NCBI GenBank assembly: GCA_000388065.2
Contig: KB932202.1
DNA: 64,000 nucleotides
Strand: one strand, 5' to 3'
Origin: Fonticula alba ATCC 38817
Taxonomy: Eukaryota > Protista > Nucleariida
Part shown: one piece after another, positions 44,272-55,021 of the stretch
Layout of the letters: every line of letters begins with the position of its first letter
Position numbering within the stretch: the first letter of the stretch is position 1
Made by a program: the position numbers and the translations under genes
The notes under the pieces: model-generated
Told to the model about the DNA's origin: nothing
The model's input: the letters and a program-made list of their open reading frames with translations, nothing else
Database searches by the model: none

Positions 44272-46188
44272 CTAGACATCAGCTGGATTGCCCAAGACAC
44301 TGGTCCGCCAGCGCCAGCCCCCGATGTGCAAAGACCGCATGAGGATTTGCCGTCGCCGATGAACATGTCCACGGGACATGCTGGCCTCGATGTATGCGCT
44401 GTCCAGCAGGCGGAAGCCACGAGCACGGAGGAGCTCCAAGTCCACGGTTGGCATTGGTGGCTTCTCGGGGGAATATCGAACAAAGTGCCCGTCAATCATG
44501 GTGTCGAGCAGCATGTCCAGGGCCCGGTACAGGCGAACCAGATTGGCACGACTGACTGGCAGTCGTGTGGGCCGGCGGTATCGCGGGTCGGCTGTGGCAT
44601 TGTCCGGCTTCTGATTCGGCATGCCCGGAGGTCCGACCGGTGGTGGCGCATAGGAGCCGGCGTGTGCGCCGGGCAGTGGCGGCGGTGGGGCCGGGTACCA
44701 CCGGTCGCCGCTGCCAGTCGCCAAGTCCGGATAGAGGGGACGTGTGTGCCCGGCAAACCGGGGGTCCGGCGAATGGACGGCCGGAGATTCGTGTCCTCTG
44801 GGGTGGTATGGCTGGTGTTGAGGATGTGGCATTCCACCAGGGGGCCCTTCGTGGCGTGGATGGGGCGGAAGGCGGCTCCCAGCCAGGTCGTCATGGCCTC
44901 CGGGGCTGGTCCACTGGTGGGAGGTATCCCAGGGGACGCTATCCTCCGGCCGCGAGGGCGGCTGCTGGGAGTGGCCATACTCCTGCGGCGGTGCCCCGTA
45001 TCCTGGAGGTGGTGGGCGAATAGAGAGACTGGAGGTGCTTGGGCCAACAAGTCCCGATGGACTGGGATCAATGTGGCCACCATAGCCGGATGCCAGGGGC
45101 GCTGGCGGCGCAGGATACCCCGGCATCGGGGTGGGATAGCTGTAGTGGCCCGGTGCCGCGACGTGGCCCGGCTGTCCCGGAACCGGCTGGTGGCCAACAA
45201 CATAGCCTGACCCTGAGGAGGGCAGCCCGCCGGGGTAGCTCGATCCTGAAGGGGGCTGTTGCTCGGGGTATGGGCCACTGGCTCGGAAGCCCGGGGAGCC
45301 GCGCAAGCGCGGCGGGATGCTGGCCCCCATCAGGGGGAATGCCCCGGACCATGCCAGAGTCCGGGCCACGGCGATGGGCATGCCCGTTTGGTTCATGAGA
45401 AACTCGGACATGGCGGCCTCGGCGCTGTCCTCGATGTCGATGACATTCTCCAGGAGGACGACCGCCTCGTGGAAGACGGCGATCATGGCCAGGGCACTGC
45501 GGGACTTGTGGTAGGAAAAGAGGCCAAAGGAGAAGAGGCTGGACTTGACATAGGGGGCCAGAGCAGCGGCATCGTAGGCCACGGCCTGGGTTAGTTCGTT
45601 GAGCCCGACGCGGTCCCAGCGACCCCCGTCCCAATAAAGATCCAGAATGTCCAGTGGCCACTTGCCGACGACCGCGATGCGCGTGGCCAGATTGGCGCAA
45701 CTGTGGAAGGCGTCCAGCGCGCTACGGGTGTAGGAGACGGCCAGGGAGGAGAAGAGGATCCCATTGAAGGCCACGATGACCGTCAGCACCCGGAATCCGT
45801 CGGTATCCACCTGGACATCACCGAGGCCGACTGTGGTGAAGACGTAGCCCACATAGTAGGCGGTGGTGATGATGCTGACCGGGTCGCCGGTGCTGCTGTT
45901 TCGAACCACATTGTCGAGGGAGAAGAAAACGAAGGTCCAGCTGAGCCAGAGCAGGGCCGACCAGACAATCAGAATCAACATCAATAGGAAGGGCGCAATG
46001 ACGGACAGCCCGCGTCGGCCAAAGAGGTCGGGCAGCCTGGAGGCCATCCACACGCGCGACAATGAGGACCAAAGTAGCAACAGTAGATAGCCCACCACTG
46101 CGGGCCGGGTGTTGGATAGAACCGTCAGGACGATGTCGACATTGACCACGACCACCATGATGGCCCCGAGGATGCCCAGCCAGAGCAT
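44272..46188 (-). CDS. Prokaryotic-type potassium-channel-family protein (Ion_trans_2 pore) with a large low-complexity insertion; intronless, ~638 aa
   Basis: ATG at 46188 (MLWLGILG) to stop at 44272. Hydrophobic helices flank a pore helix and filter (AYYVGYVFTTVGLGD), followed by an inner helix (FRVLTVIVAFNGILFSSLAVSY). The upstream ORF-track extension is only a (GAA)n repeat. Confidence 0.8.
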   Translation of the reverse strand: MLWLGILGAIMVVVVNVDIVLTVLSNTRPAVVGYLLLLLWSSLSRVWMASRLPDLFGRRGLSVIAPFLLMLILIVWSALLWLSWTFVFFSLDNVVRNSSTGDPVSIITTAYYVGYVFTTVGLGDVQVDTDGFRVLTVIVAFNGILFSSLAVSYTRSALDAFHSCANLATRIAVVGKWPLDILDLYWDGGRWDRVGLNELTQAVAYDAAALAPYVKSSLFSFGLFSYHKSRSALAMIAVFHEAVVLLENVIDIEDSAEAAMSEFLMNQTGMPIAVARTLAWSGAFPLMGASIPPRLRGSPGFRASGPYPEQQPPSGSSYPGGLPSSGSGYVVGHQPVPGQPGHVAAPGHYSYPTPMPGYPAPPAPLASGYGGHIDPSPSGLVGPSTSSLSIRPPPPGYGAPPQEYGHSQQPPSRPEDSVPWDTSHQWTSPGGHDDLAGSRLPPHPRHEGPPGGMPHPQHQPYHPRGHESPAVHSPDPRFAGHTRPLYPDLATGSGDRWYPAPPPPLPGAHAGSYAPPPVGPPGMPNQKPDNATADPRYRRPTRLPVSRANLVRLYRALDMLLDTMIDGHFVRYSPEKPPMPTVDLELLRARGFRLLDSAYIEASMSRGHVHRRRQILMRSLHIGGWRWRTSVLGNPADV

Positions 46189-46281
46189 GGTTGTGGTCTG
46201 CTTCGGTTGCTGCGATGAGTTGTCCGTCCTTTGGGCCTTCTTCTCCTCCTCCCCCCTCGCCTCCCTGTGGTTTGTGTTTCT

Positions 46282-46340
46282 CTTCTTCTTCTTCTTCTTC
46301 TTCTTCTTCTTCTTCTTCTTCTTCTTCTTCTTCTTCTTCT
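46282..46340. repeat. (CTT)n/(GAA)n trinucleotide microsatellite, ~19 copies
   Basis: Perfect tandem repeat ~95 nt upstream of the channel ATG. Confidence 0.9.
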
Positions 46341-48060
46341 TTCCTGATGCCTTCGTGCAACGAAGGGGATGGGCCTGGCGGACACCAAGGGGAGACAAAC
46401 GCCTACGAGCACCGGGCCAAAGCCATCACGCGATGAACAATCTCGCGGGAGGGCTGGTGCCGACCGAGTGCACGGCAGGAGGAGGCGACAGGCGAGCGGG
46501 GAGGCGAATGAGCACAAGGGGGCAACGTGAGGGCGACGCAAGGCCTTTATAGGGGGGGGGGGAGTGAGAAGGGGAGGTGGCGAGTTGCTTCGATTGCTCT
46601 CTAGGGGCATGCATGGTTTTCATTTTGAGAGGCATTTTCATGCGGGCATCAGGAGCAGGGGGCACATTGGTAGGAGAGGCATGTGCCCGCGTGCGGAGAG
46701 GCACGAAAGGGAAGGGCAATCAAACCCGTGGTGCAATTGTGGGTCAACTTGGCCTGCGCGGCCCGACCCCCGGGATGATTAAGGGTGAAGGGTGTGTCCT
46801 CCCGATCACCACCAGGCACACCGAGTCCAAGGGCGGGGAATTTGGCCCAGGAAACAGGCGCGGCATGGGAAAAGGACCTGCGCCGGTTTCCCTGGGGACC
46901 GCCCTCGCCCCCCCCCGCACAAGGCACGATAGTCTCTGGCTTATCTCGCGGAAAGAGTGCTCTCGTCGGTTAAGGGCCTGCGGTTCTGGATGTGTCACCC
47001 GGTGGCCTGATCAGAGTTCGAATAGTATTACAGATCGGGTGATCCGGCCCGGAACCATAAGTTGGCAATTCGCTCGGGGCCGAAAAACCATTGGGCTGGG
47101 GAGCTTCATCGGCCCAGGGTGGGGGAGGAACCCGTATTGGGTGCTTGGGCAGCATGCCGCTGCTCTCTCTCTCATTTCATGGCAGCACATGAACCCAGCA
47201 ACAAAGGGGCCTTTAAATATTTGACTCAACATATGCGTATTGGCTGTGACCCGTGGCCGGAGAGGCTGGCCTCCTGGGGTGGACTTTGGCTGTTTGTGTG
47301 TGTTTCTTCCGCGATCTTTTCAATCGCGCAGACGGCGGGGGAGGGGCGGGATGCGGAAGAACGCATGTATGTGGAGTACATGGCTGTCTTGGGCACGCTG
47401 TCGGATGGCAAGGGATGTGCCTGCCCTGTGTGCGTTGTGGTCGCCAGTTCTCCCAGCTCTGGCCTAGTTTCTTTTTTTTTTTTCAAGAGATCCCTCCACC
47501 GCCTGGAGCGACTGTGGAGGCTAGGCGCCGGAGAGGCCCCGGTCCCCTTCCTGGCGGCATGCGGGGGGCCAGTTCTCCCGCCCAGAGAGGGTCGAGATCC
47601 GATGGGCGCCAGGCGTCATGCTCGGTCGGTGCTGGGGGGCGGGGGGGATGCGCAGCCCCCCGCAGTAGGGCACTAGAACGGGGGGAGTGCGGGCGACAGG
47701 GGCGCTGCTCCGGCCTCATGGGAGGCGGGGGGGGGGGANNNNNNNNNNNNNNNNNNNNNNNNNNNNNNNNNNNNNNNNNNNNNNNNNNNNNNNNNNNNNN
47801 NNNNNNNNNNCGGAAGAGAGCTCTGGTGGGCTTGGGCACTGGGGGGGGGTGTGTGTGTGGGGGGGGGGGGGAGGAGGGGGCAGACGGGCCGCTGGGGGAT
47901 GTGACGCCACCGGCTGGCCTCCCGGGGGTCATACTGTTGGGTGTGCCGTGGTGCGGTCTATAAGAAAAACCGGCCCCCTCGCCCTTCCATCGGAGCTCTC
48001 TCTCTCTAATCGCAGTTTGATATTTTTTTGTCGCTGTGAATAGTTTCCGTGTTCTTCAAA

Positions 48061-49345
48061 ATGTCCACCGAGCTTGCTTGCGTCTACGCTTCCCTCATCC
48101 TCCACGACAGCGGTCTTGAGGTCACCGTACGTTTACCCCTCCACCCTCCTCCCCCTCTCTCTGTCTCTCGTTCTGCTTCGGTCGCCCCTCTGCCTGTTGT
48201 TCCTTTCTCCTCCACGCCGCCGTCCCTCTGCCGCCCTCCCAGTTGAGGTGAATCCCCCCCCCGCTCCTGCTCCTTCTCCAGCCTGTCTCTTTCTCTGGTC
48301 GATGTCCGCGCGTGCGCTTGGACGTCTTTTCCCGTGCTCTCCCCTTCCCGCCCCTCGCTTGAGCGGTGGCGACTGCGGGTCGCAGCCCGGGGGAGACATC
48401 TTCGATGTTCGCGGGGCATGCGTACGCCCAACGCGCGCATGCCTGTGCCCTGGTGCTCCGGCAAAAGGGGCAGGCAGCTCCTGATCCTCACTGCACCGGT
48501 CTCCCCTCCTCCTCCTCTGTGCGGCGCCACTGTGCGCGTTCCACGTGCGCCACCCCCCCGGTAGGGGAGGAGGAGGAGGAGGAGGAGGCCGTACTTTGAG
48601 TCGGATCACCCTGCCACACCTCATCATCACCGGCTACAAGCAGGAGGGGAATTCACCGCTTCTCTGAGCGTGGCTTCCTCCAGGGCGGGCACCGTGGAGG
48701 GGGCGGCAGGGGGTATCCCCCTCCCCCTGGCCGGGGGGGGGCCACACAACACTTCGTCAATCTTTCCGCATCTCCTCTGCATGGGCTACCCCACCCTGTC
48801 CTTGGAGTCGGATGCAGAAAGGAAATCCCGCATCCGATGCCCCCTCCCCACTCTCTCTCCTTTCCTCGCGTGCCATTTCTCACCCCTTTTGCTGTGTTCC
48901 TGCCCTCCTCCCTCCGCACATGCACCCACACACAGGCCGACAAGATCGTCGACCTGACCACCGCTGCTGGTGTCACCATTGAGCCTATCTGGGCCACCCT
49001 TTTCGCCTCCGCCCTCCAGGGCCACAACGTCACTGATCTCCTGTCCGCTGCCGGTTCCGTCGGTGGTGGTGCTGCCGCTGCCCCCGTCGCTGCCGCCGGT
49101 GGTGCCGCTGCCGCCGCTGAGGAGAAGAAGGAGGAGAAGGTCGAGTCCGACGAGTCCGATGAGGATATGGGCTTCGGTACGTCGCCCCACTCTCTCCGCG
49201 CACACGCGCTCATGCTTCCTCCCTCCTTGTCTTTCTCTCCCCTCCTCCTCCCCCTCATGTCCTTATCTGTCTTGCTGACCGCCCCCGCCTCTCCCATCCG
49301 AATCGTCTCTCTCCTCCCCCCCCACGCGCAGGTCTCTTCGACTAA
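48061..49345 (+). CDS. RPLP1: 60S acidic ribosomal protein P1 (3 exons)
   Basis: Exons 48061-48126, 48936-49176, 49332-49345 give [22 protein letters not shown]...[13 protein letters not shown]...[23 protein letters not shown]. Confidence 0.95.
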
Positions 49346-51084
49346 ATCTCTCTGCCGAGTTATTCCAGTGTCTGCGTCCTTCGCTTCCCGCCACCAGCGG
49401 CCTAGCAACACCTTGCTGTTGTTGTCAACGGTGCCGGTGCCGACTGCCGTCTAGTGCCCTTGATACCTCTACATTGGCGTGTGCACGCACTGGAGTGCGC
49501 CGCTCTCTGCCACTCAAGTCAATACAGATGATTTCTTACGAATCCTCTCACAACACGCCCGTGTGTGCTCCGTGTTTTTCGTGGCCCTGCCGCGCGCGCA
49601 CCTGGGGCTCTCTCTTCTCCCCCTCTCTTCCTTCCTCCTTCCCCTTTCCCTCAGCATTCCCTCCCCCTCTCCCCAACTGCGCCGCCGCCTCGTGTCCCTC
49701 CTCCCCTTTTTGTCGCATCCTTTGCCCCTCTGCTGTGCACGCCCATTCCTCCACGCCTCTCCTCCTCTCTGTGGACATGTGTGCCCTCTTCCTTGCGCCT
49801 TTTCCCCCCCCCCCTCCTTCTCCCCTCCTGCGGCTGCGTGTGCAGCCGGTCGATGCGCTCAACGCTCTGCCAATCCCCCTCCTTCTTCCCGGCAGGGAGG
49901 CGGCTTGTGGGCACACAGGGTTCGGGGATCTCAGGCGTGCTCGCTCGGCGCGCGCGCGCGCGGCGAGAGAAGGTCACAGGGCAGGCTCCTTTTTTGCGCA
50001 ACATCCCAGGCGGGGAGAGGGAGGGAGGGGATCACCATCATGGATCGGCTCACGGGGGGGAGGGGGCGGGAGGGGCCCCTTTCACGGGAGGCAAACGGGT
50101 GACAGGACAACGGCCCTCCTGTGTCTGCATGGTTGCCTCCCTCAAGAGGGTCAGTGGCCTTTGGGCGGGGGGGGGGGGGGGGCTGCGGCACGCCATTGTT
50201 GGCCCAGGAGAGAGCCATCCTTCGGCCCTTTCCTGGGGCCCAGTGGCAAGCCCTCCAGGTGGACAAATCCAGCCCAGCCCTCCACCAGGGGCCGGGACGG
50301 GGACTCATCGCCTCTGGGCTGCGCGTTGTGCGCTGCCTGCGGCCCTGATCTTGGCCGAGATGGCCGCGGGGGAGCAGGCCGCAGATCATCCCCCCTGGAT
50401 TGTCTCTCTGTCTCCTCGGGGACCCTCCTGGAGGAAGTGTGCTGGCTGTCCGCCCCGTTCCTCTCTCGCGTTCATTCTCGCTTGGATCCCGCACGGGGGG
50501 CCCTTGGCTGGGTGGATGCCCCAGGCGCCATCTCGCGGGGGCGGCGCCCGTTGCAAGCCAGACCGAGGCTTGCGGGGTATTCCCGCCAAAGGACCGGCTT
50601 TCAACTGCCAACGACACCACCACAACACATGATAAACCGTCCAATCAGACCGTAACTATCACGGTGGCTTAACTGGGAAACGTTTGTGTGGACTTAGCTG
50701 GATCCCAAGCGCCTTCCTCCCCTCCGCGCGCAGGCCGGGGCGCTCCGCCACGGAGCCCCGGGGAACCCCCCGTGAGTGGCTCTGTGTGCATGTGTACGTG
50801 TGTATGTGTGTGTGGGTGGCAAGAAAAGACGACTCCATCTGCGCATGCAGAGTAACAAGGACATGGGTGTATTATTATTTAGCTCCAGTTGTAGCAGGGA
50901 GATCCAGTCTCAAAACCGGCCACCATGGCGGAGGTGCTTTTGCCAGTGTGTGTGGGGAGGGGGGGGGGGGGGGGCACAACCGACACCACGCAGGTGTGCG
51001 CACACGTCGCTCGCGGCCAGCACGCCAAGAGGAGAGAAACGAAGAGCAAGGCAGCTGAGATGGGACTAGCTAGTTGGGACCGGT

Positions 51085-54000
51085 TTAGGGGCTGGACACG
51101 CCGCCGCTGGAGGGCTTGGGATCGGCCGGGGGGGCCGAGGCATTGCGCTTCCGCTCAATCCAGGCCAACTGCCGGGCCGAGCCGCCCGCCTTGCCGAGGG
51201 CAATGAAGAGCATGGCAGTCCGCTTCTCGGTGAGCAGCTCGCCGAAGGTGATGAGGTCCTCCTCGGTCACCCGGTCCGGGTGGAGGTCCATCAGCTCCAG
51301 CAGAGCGTGCATAGCCTGGTTGGTGACCTCCTGCACATCGACCGGAGGGTCCGGTGCACTTGGGGCCGCCGCCACCGCCGGGGGCGAGGCCACGCTCGGG
51401 GTCTGCATCGAGGCCGGGCTGGCCGGCGTGGGGATCGCCACCGCCGGGGGGGCCGCCGCTGCCCCACCAGAGGCAGGCGGAGGGATGGGCACGGTGCTGG
51501 CCGGGGCCGGGGCCGGGGCCGGGGCCGGGGCCGCCGGTGCAGTCCCGGTCAAACCACCACCAAGTGATGGAGACGAGGCCGGCAGGTCGCCTGGTGAGGT
51601 GGGCGCCGGCGCCGTGCTCGGGGTCAGCAGGTGATGCGGGGCTGCCGGGGTGTCGGCCGACGAGGTGGTCACCGAGCCAGCCGGCGGCGGGGCTGGGGAC
51701 GAGCCGGCCGGCGGTGGCAGAGGCGGGTGATGGTGGCCAGGCGGAGGGAGATGCCCGGCATGCGCAAGCCCCGAGAGCGAGGGCATAGCCAGACCGGGAT
51801 GTGGCGGAGCACCGTGCATGGGTGACCCACCTGCGCCGGTCAGCCCGGGACGTGGCGGCCCGGGAGGAGGGGGGGCCCCATGGAGATGATGTGGCGAGGG
51901 GGAGGGAGCCGTGCCGGGCGATGGCTGGTGGTGATGCACCCCCGGGAGATGGTGGCCGGCTGCGGCCGCCGCAGCCGCCGCAGCCGCCGCAGCTGCGGCC
52001 GAGGAATGGTGGAAAGCATGTCCCGGTGGGGGGCCCTGGTGGTGCGAGTGCGAGGGATGGTGCCCGGGTGGGTGGTGGTGGTGGTGCTGCAAACCCGGGT
52101 GCAGGCCATGCGGGGGAGGCTGGTGCATGTGGTGCGCAGCGGCCGCGGCAGCCGCGGCAGCAGCCGCAGCCGCATGCTGATCATACATGTAGCTGTGGTG
52201 AAGCCCATGCGGCGGCGGCTGGTGGTGTGGCCCAGGCGGCAGGTGGTGCGGATGGGGCGGGTGCTGGCCCTGGGCCTGGTGGTGAAGGAGGTGCCCGGCT
52301 CCGGGGCCCGGCGGCGGGGGAGGCTGCCCGTCGCGGCCGACTGCCGGGTACCGATGGGCACCAAGCAAGGCTGCGGCCGAGGAGGCAGCCGCAGCCGCAT
52401 GGTCCACACCGGCCATGTGCAGGGGACCGCCCAAATCCTGAGCATTGAGAGCGGCCGCGGCACTGGCATCCATGTAGGCGGCAGCGGCAGCAGCCGCATG
52501 GTGGGGGAAGTGCGTGCCATAGGCCCCGAGTAGGCTGCCCTCGGCCCCGGCAAACAGTGGCGGCTGCTGGAGCTGCCCCGGCGGCGGCGGCTGGCCGGCC
52601 TGTGCGGCGGCCGCTGCCGCCGCGGCCAGTGCCAGCTGCGAAGCCGGGCCCGAGTCAAGCATGCGCGCGTCGGCGATCGATGCGGCATGCGCCGTGCGTG
52701 ACAGAACCGATCGAGAGGGCGACAGGGAGGGCTCGCGCGGACGAATGTGCGCCTGCTGGTGTGGCGGCGGGGGATATTGCGGCGGCGGGGGCGGCGGCGG
52801 CGGCGGGGGCGGCGGGAGGCTTGCCACCTGCCCCGGTGGAGGGGGACCCTGCTGGCCGACGCCCTGACCCGACTCCGTCTGGCGGGTGCTGCCATAGGTC
52901 TCGCCGGTCCCGGGGGCCGGTTCGTTGCCCATGTGCGCCGCGCGGGTAATGGTCTTGACCGGGGCGAAGTCGTGCGGCACGAAGCCGATGGCATTGGAGG
53001 CGATCTGCACCGCCTCGGCGAAGCCACGAGGATTGGACATGGCATCCGGCAGGCCGGTGGCCTCGAAGATGGCCAGGGCCGCATGGCCGGCCTCGCTCAT
53101 GGACTTCACCAAGGCAGTGTGATTCTCAAAGATGTACTTTTCCACGGCATTGATCACCGTCGGGGGGAAGAGGATGACCAGGGATGCGCCGGATCCAGAC
53201 CGGGGGGAATCCCCATGCTCGCCAAAGAGCAGCGAGATCAGCCGAGCAGTGGTGGCCTCCAGGGGGTCGGCATTGGCGCCGACCTTGCGCCGGAAGCCCG
53301 GGGTCGTGGTGATCCGACTGGCGCTGGGGTTCTGCTCGGTGCCAGGAGTGGCGATGCGACGCGAGCCGAGGCTGACACCGTCGCTACCACTGCCATTGTA
53401 TTGAATCTTGAACTGGGCCTTGAGCTGTGGGAGGGGAGCAAGAGGGAGGGAAGAGAGGAGCAGAGACAGACAGTGAGTGATTTGCAGAGGAGGTGATGGT
53501 GGAGGGGGCAGAGCGAGCACGCATGTGTGTGTGTGTGCGTGTGCGTGTATATATGTATGTGTGAGCCGACGCCCGTAGACGCACCGAAACCACACGGGTC
53601 TTGATCTGTGACCGGGAGAAAGACAGGCCGGAGCGGCGGTTGAAGAGATCGGTAGCCTCGCGCCAGGCCTCCTTTCGGGGATTGCCGCCGCCGGAGCCAG
53701 CCGAGCCACCGAACTTCCCCTCGCGCTTGGATCCGAAGAGAATGCCGAGCAGAAGGTGATCGCGGGCCGGAGACCAGTGGGCCCGCTCGATCTCGAGCGG
53801 CGGCGGAGGACTGAACCGAGTGGGCACCATCGCCGTGGGGGTCTGCGTGGGAGGAGCAGACGGGGTCGGGGGAGCCGGAGCCGCCTGCTGGGGAGTCCCG
53901 ACGGCAGCGGCGGCGGCGGCGGCAGCCGCAGCGGCCGCCGCCGCCGCCGCTGCGGCTGCCGACCGGTTGGGATCCACGTCAAAATGACCATGCCCCGGGG

Positions 54001-55021
54001 GCAGGGACCCGGGGTGCGTGGGTGGCGGGACAAGCGACTGTCCGGCGAGACCGGCTCCGAGCAGAGCAGAGTGCACACCACTGAGGCCCGGGGGGAAGCC
54101 GGCCTGACCCAGCAGAGGCAGATGACCGTGGGGCCCGATGCCTGGCGGCAGGCCGGTAGGGTGGGGAAGCGGTGTGTGGCCCCCGGGGACCGACATGACA
54201 GACGGCGGATGCTGCTTCTGAGCGGCGGCGGCGGCGGCGGCTGCGGCCGCCACCGCGGCGGCGGCCGCCGCGCTGCCCGGATCCACGCCGACCGACAGCT
54301 GTGCTGAAGGCGGGGCACCGCCAGCCGGCTGTCCGGAGATGGGGGACCCGGGGGTCGGGGAGGCGGCGGTCGACCGACCAGCAGTATCGGCGACCCCGGC
54401 CGGCGGGTCGATGTGCAGCTGGCTTGGAGTGGGCTCCGGAGCCGGAGATGGCACGCCGGATCCAGATGCAAGATGCGGGCTGGAGATGGCCGCGGTCGTG
54501 GCATCTAGCGCGGGACCGGCCCCCGGGGGCGAGTGCGGGTGCGATACCAGGCCAGGGGAGGAGGCGGCATGGACATCGTCGGTCGGCGGTGCCGGCGAAA
54601 GGACCGGCGAAAGGACCGGCGGCGAGAGAATCGGCGACCGGATGGTCTGTGCCAGGGCAGAGTCATTCTTCGCAGGAGCAAGCGGCCCGGCATTCGGCGA
54701 GGCGACTGGACTGCCGACAACCGATGATGCAGGGTGGCCGTGCTCAGACAAAGGGCCGGGCTCCGTGGTCATCGAGGCACCAGGAAGGCCGGCGGGCGAC
54801 AGGGCCGACGGCGAGGCTGGCGAGGAGGCGGCGGCCGACATGGCCGAGGCCGCGGCGGCAACCGCATCGATAACGGGGTTGACGTGGGTGGAAATGGTTG
54901 CTACGGTGCGGGAAGGGAGACCGGCACCCCGAACTGTTCCTTGGGAAATGCGCGCAGCCGCCAGAGGGGAAGGAGGGAGAAGGAGGGGCGAAAGACTGGG
55001 TTGTAAAGCGTCAGCAACCAT
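51085..55021 (-). CDS. Myb/SANT-like DNA-binding protein (Myb_DNA-bind_3-like) with extensive Ala/Pro/His low-complexity regions; 2 exons
   Basis: Exons 55021-53585 and 53424-51085; intron 53584-53425 (GTGCGT...CAG, phase 0). The spliced domain reads HWSPARDHLLLGIL...KEAWREATDLFNRRSGLSFSRSQIKTRVVSLKAQFK. The exact start codon is uncertain. Confidence 0.72.

Noticed and set aside
46189-46398. Poly-Lys N-terminal extension of the channel ORF
   Set aside because: It is a translation of the (GAA)n microsatellite from a non-ATG start; the plausible start is ATG 46188.
47014-47023. GAGTTCGAAT resembling a tRNA T-loop/B-box
   Set aside because: No cloverleaf, A-box or acceptor stem can be built around it.
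50650-50665. CCGTAACTATCACGGT resembling bacterial 23S rRNA helix 69
   Set aside because: Only 16 nt with a mismatch, and the flanks do not continue the rRNA sequence; probably coincidence.
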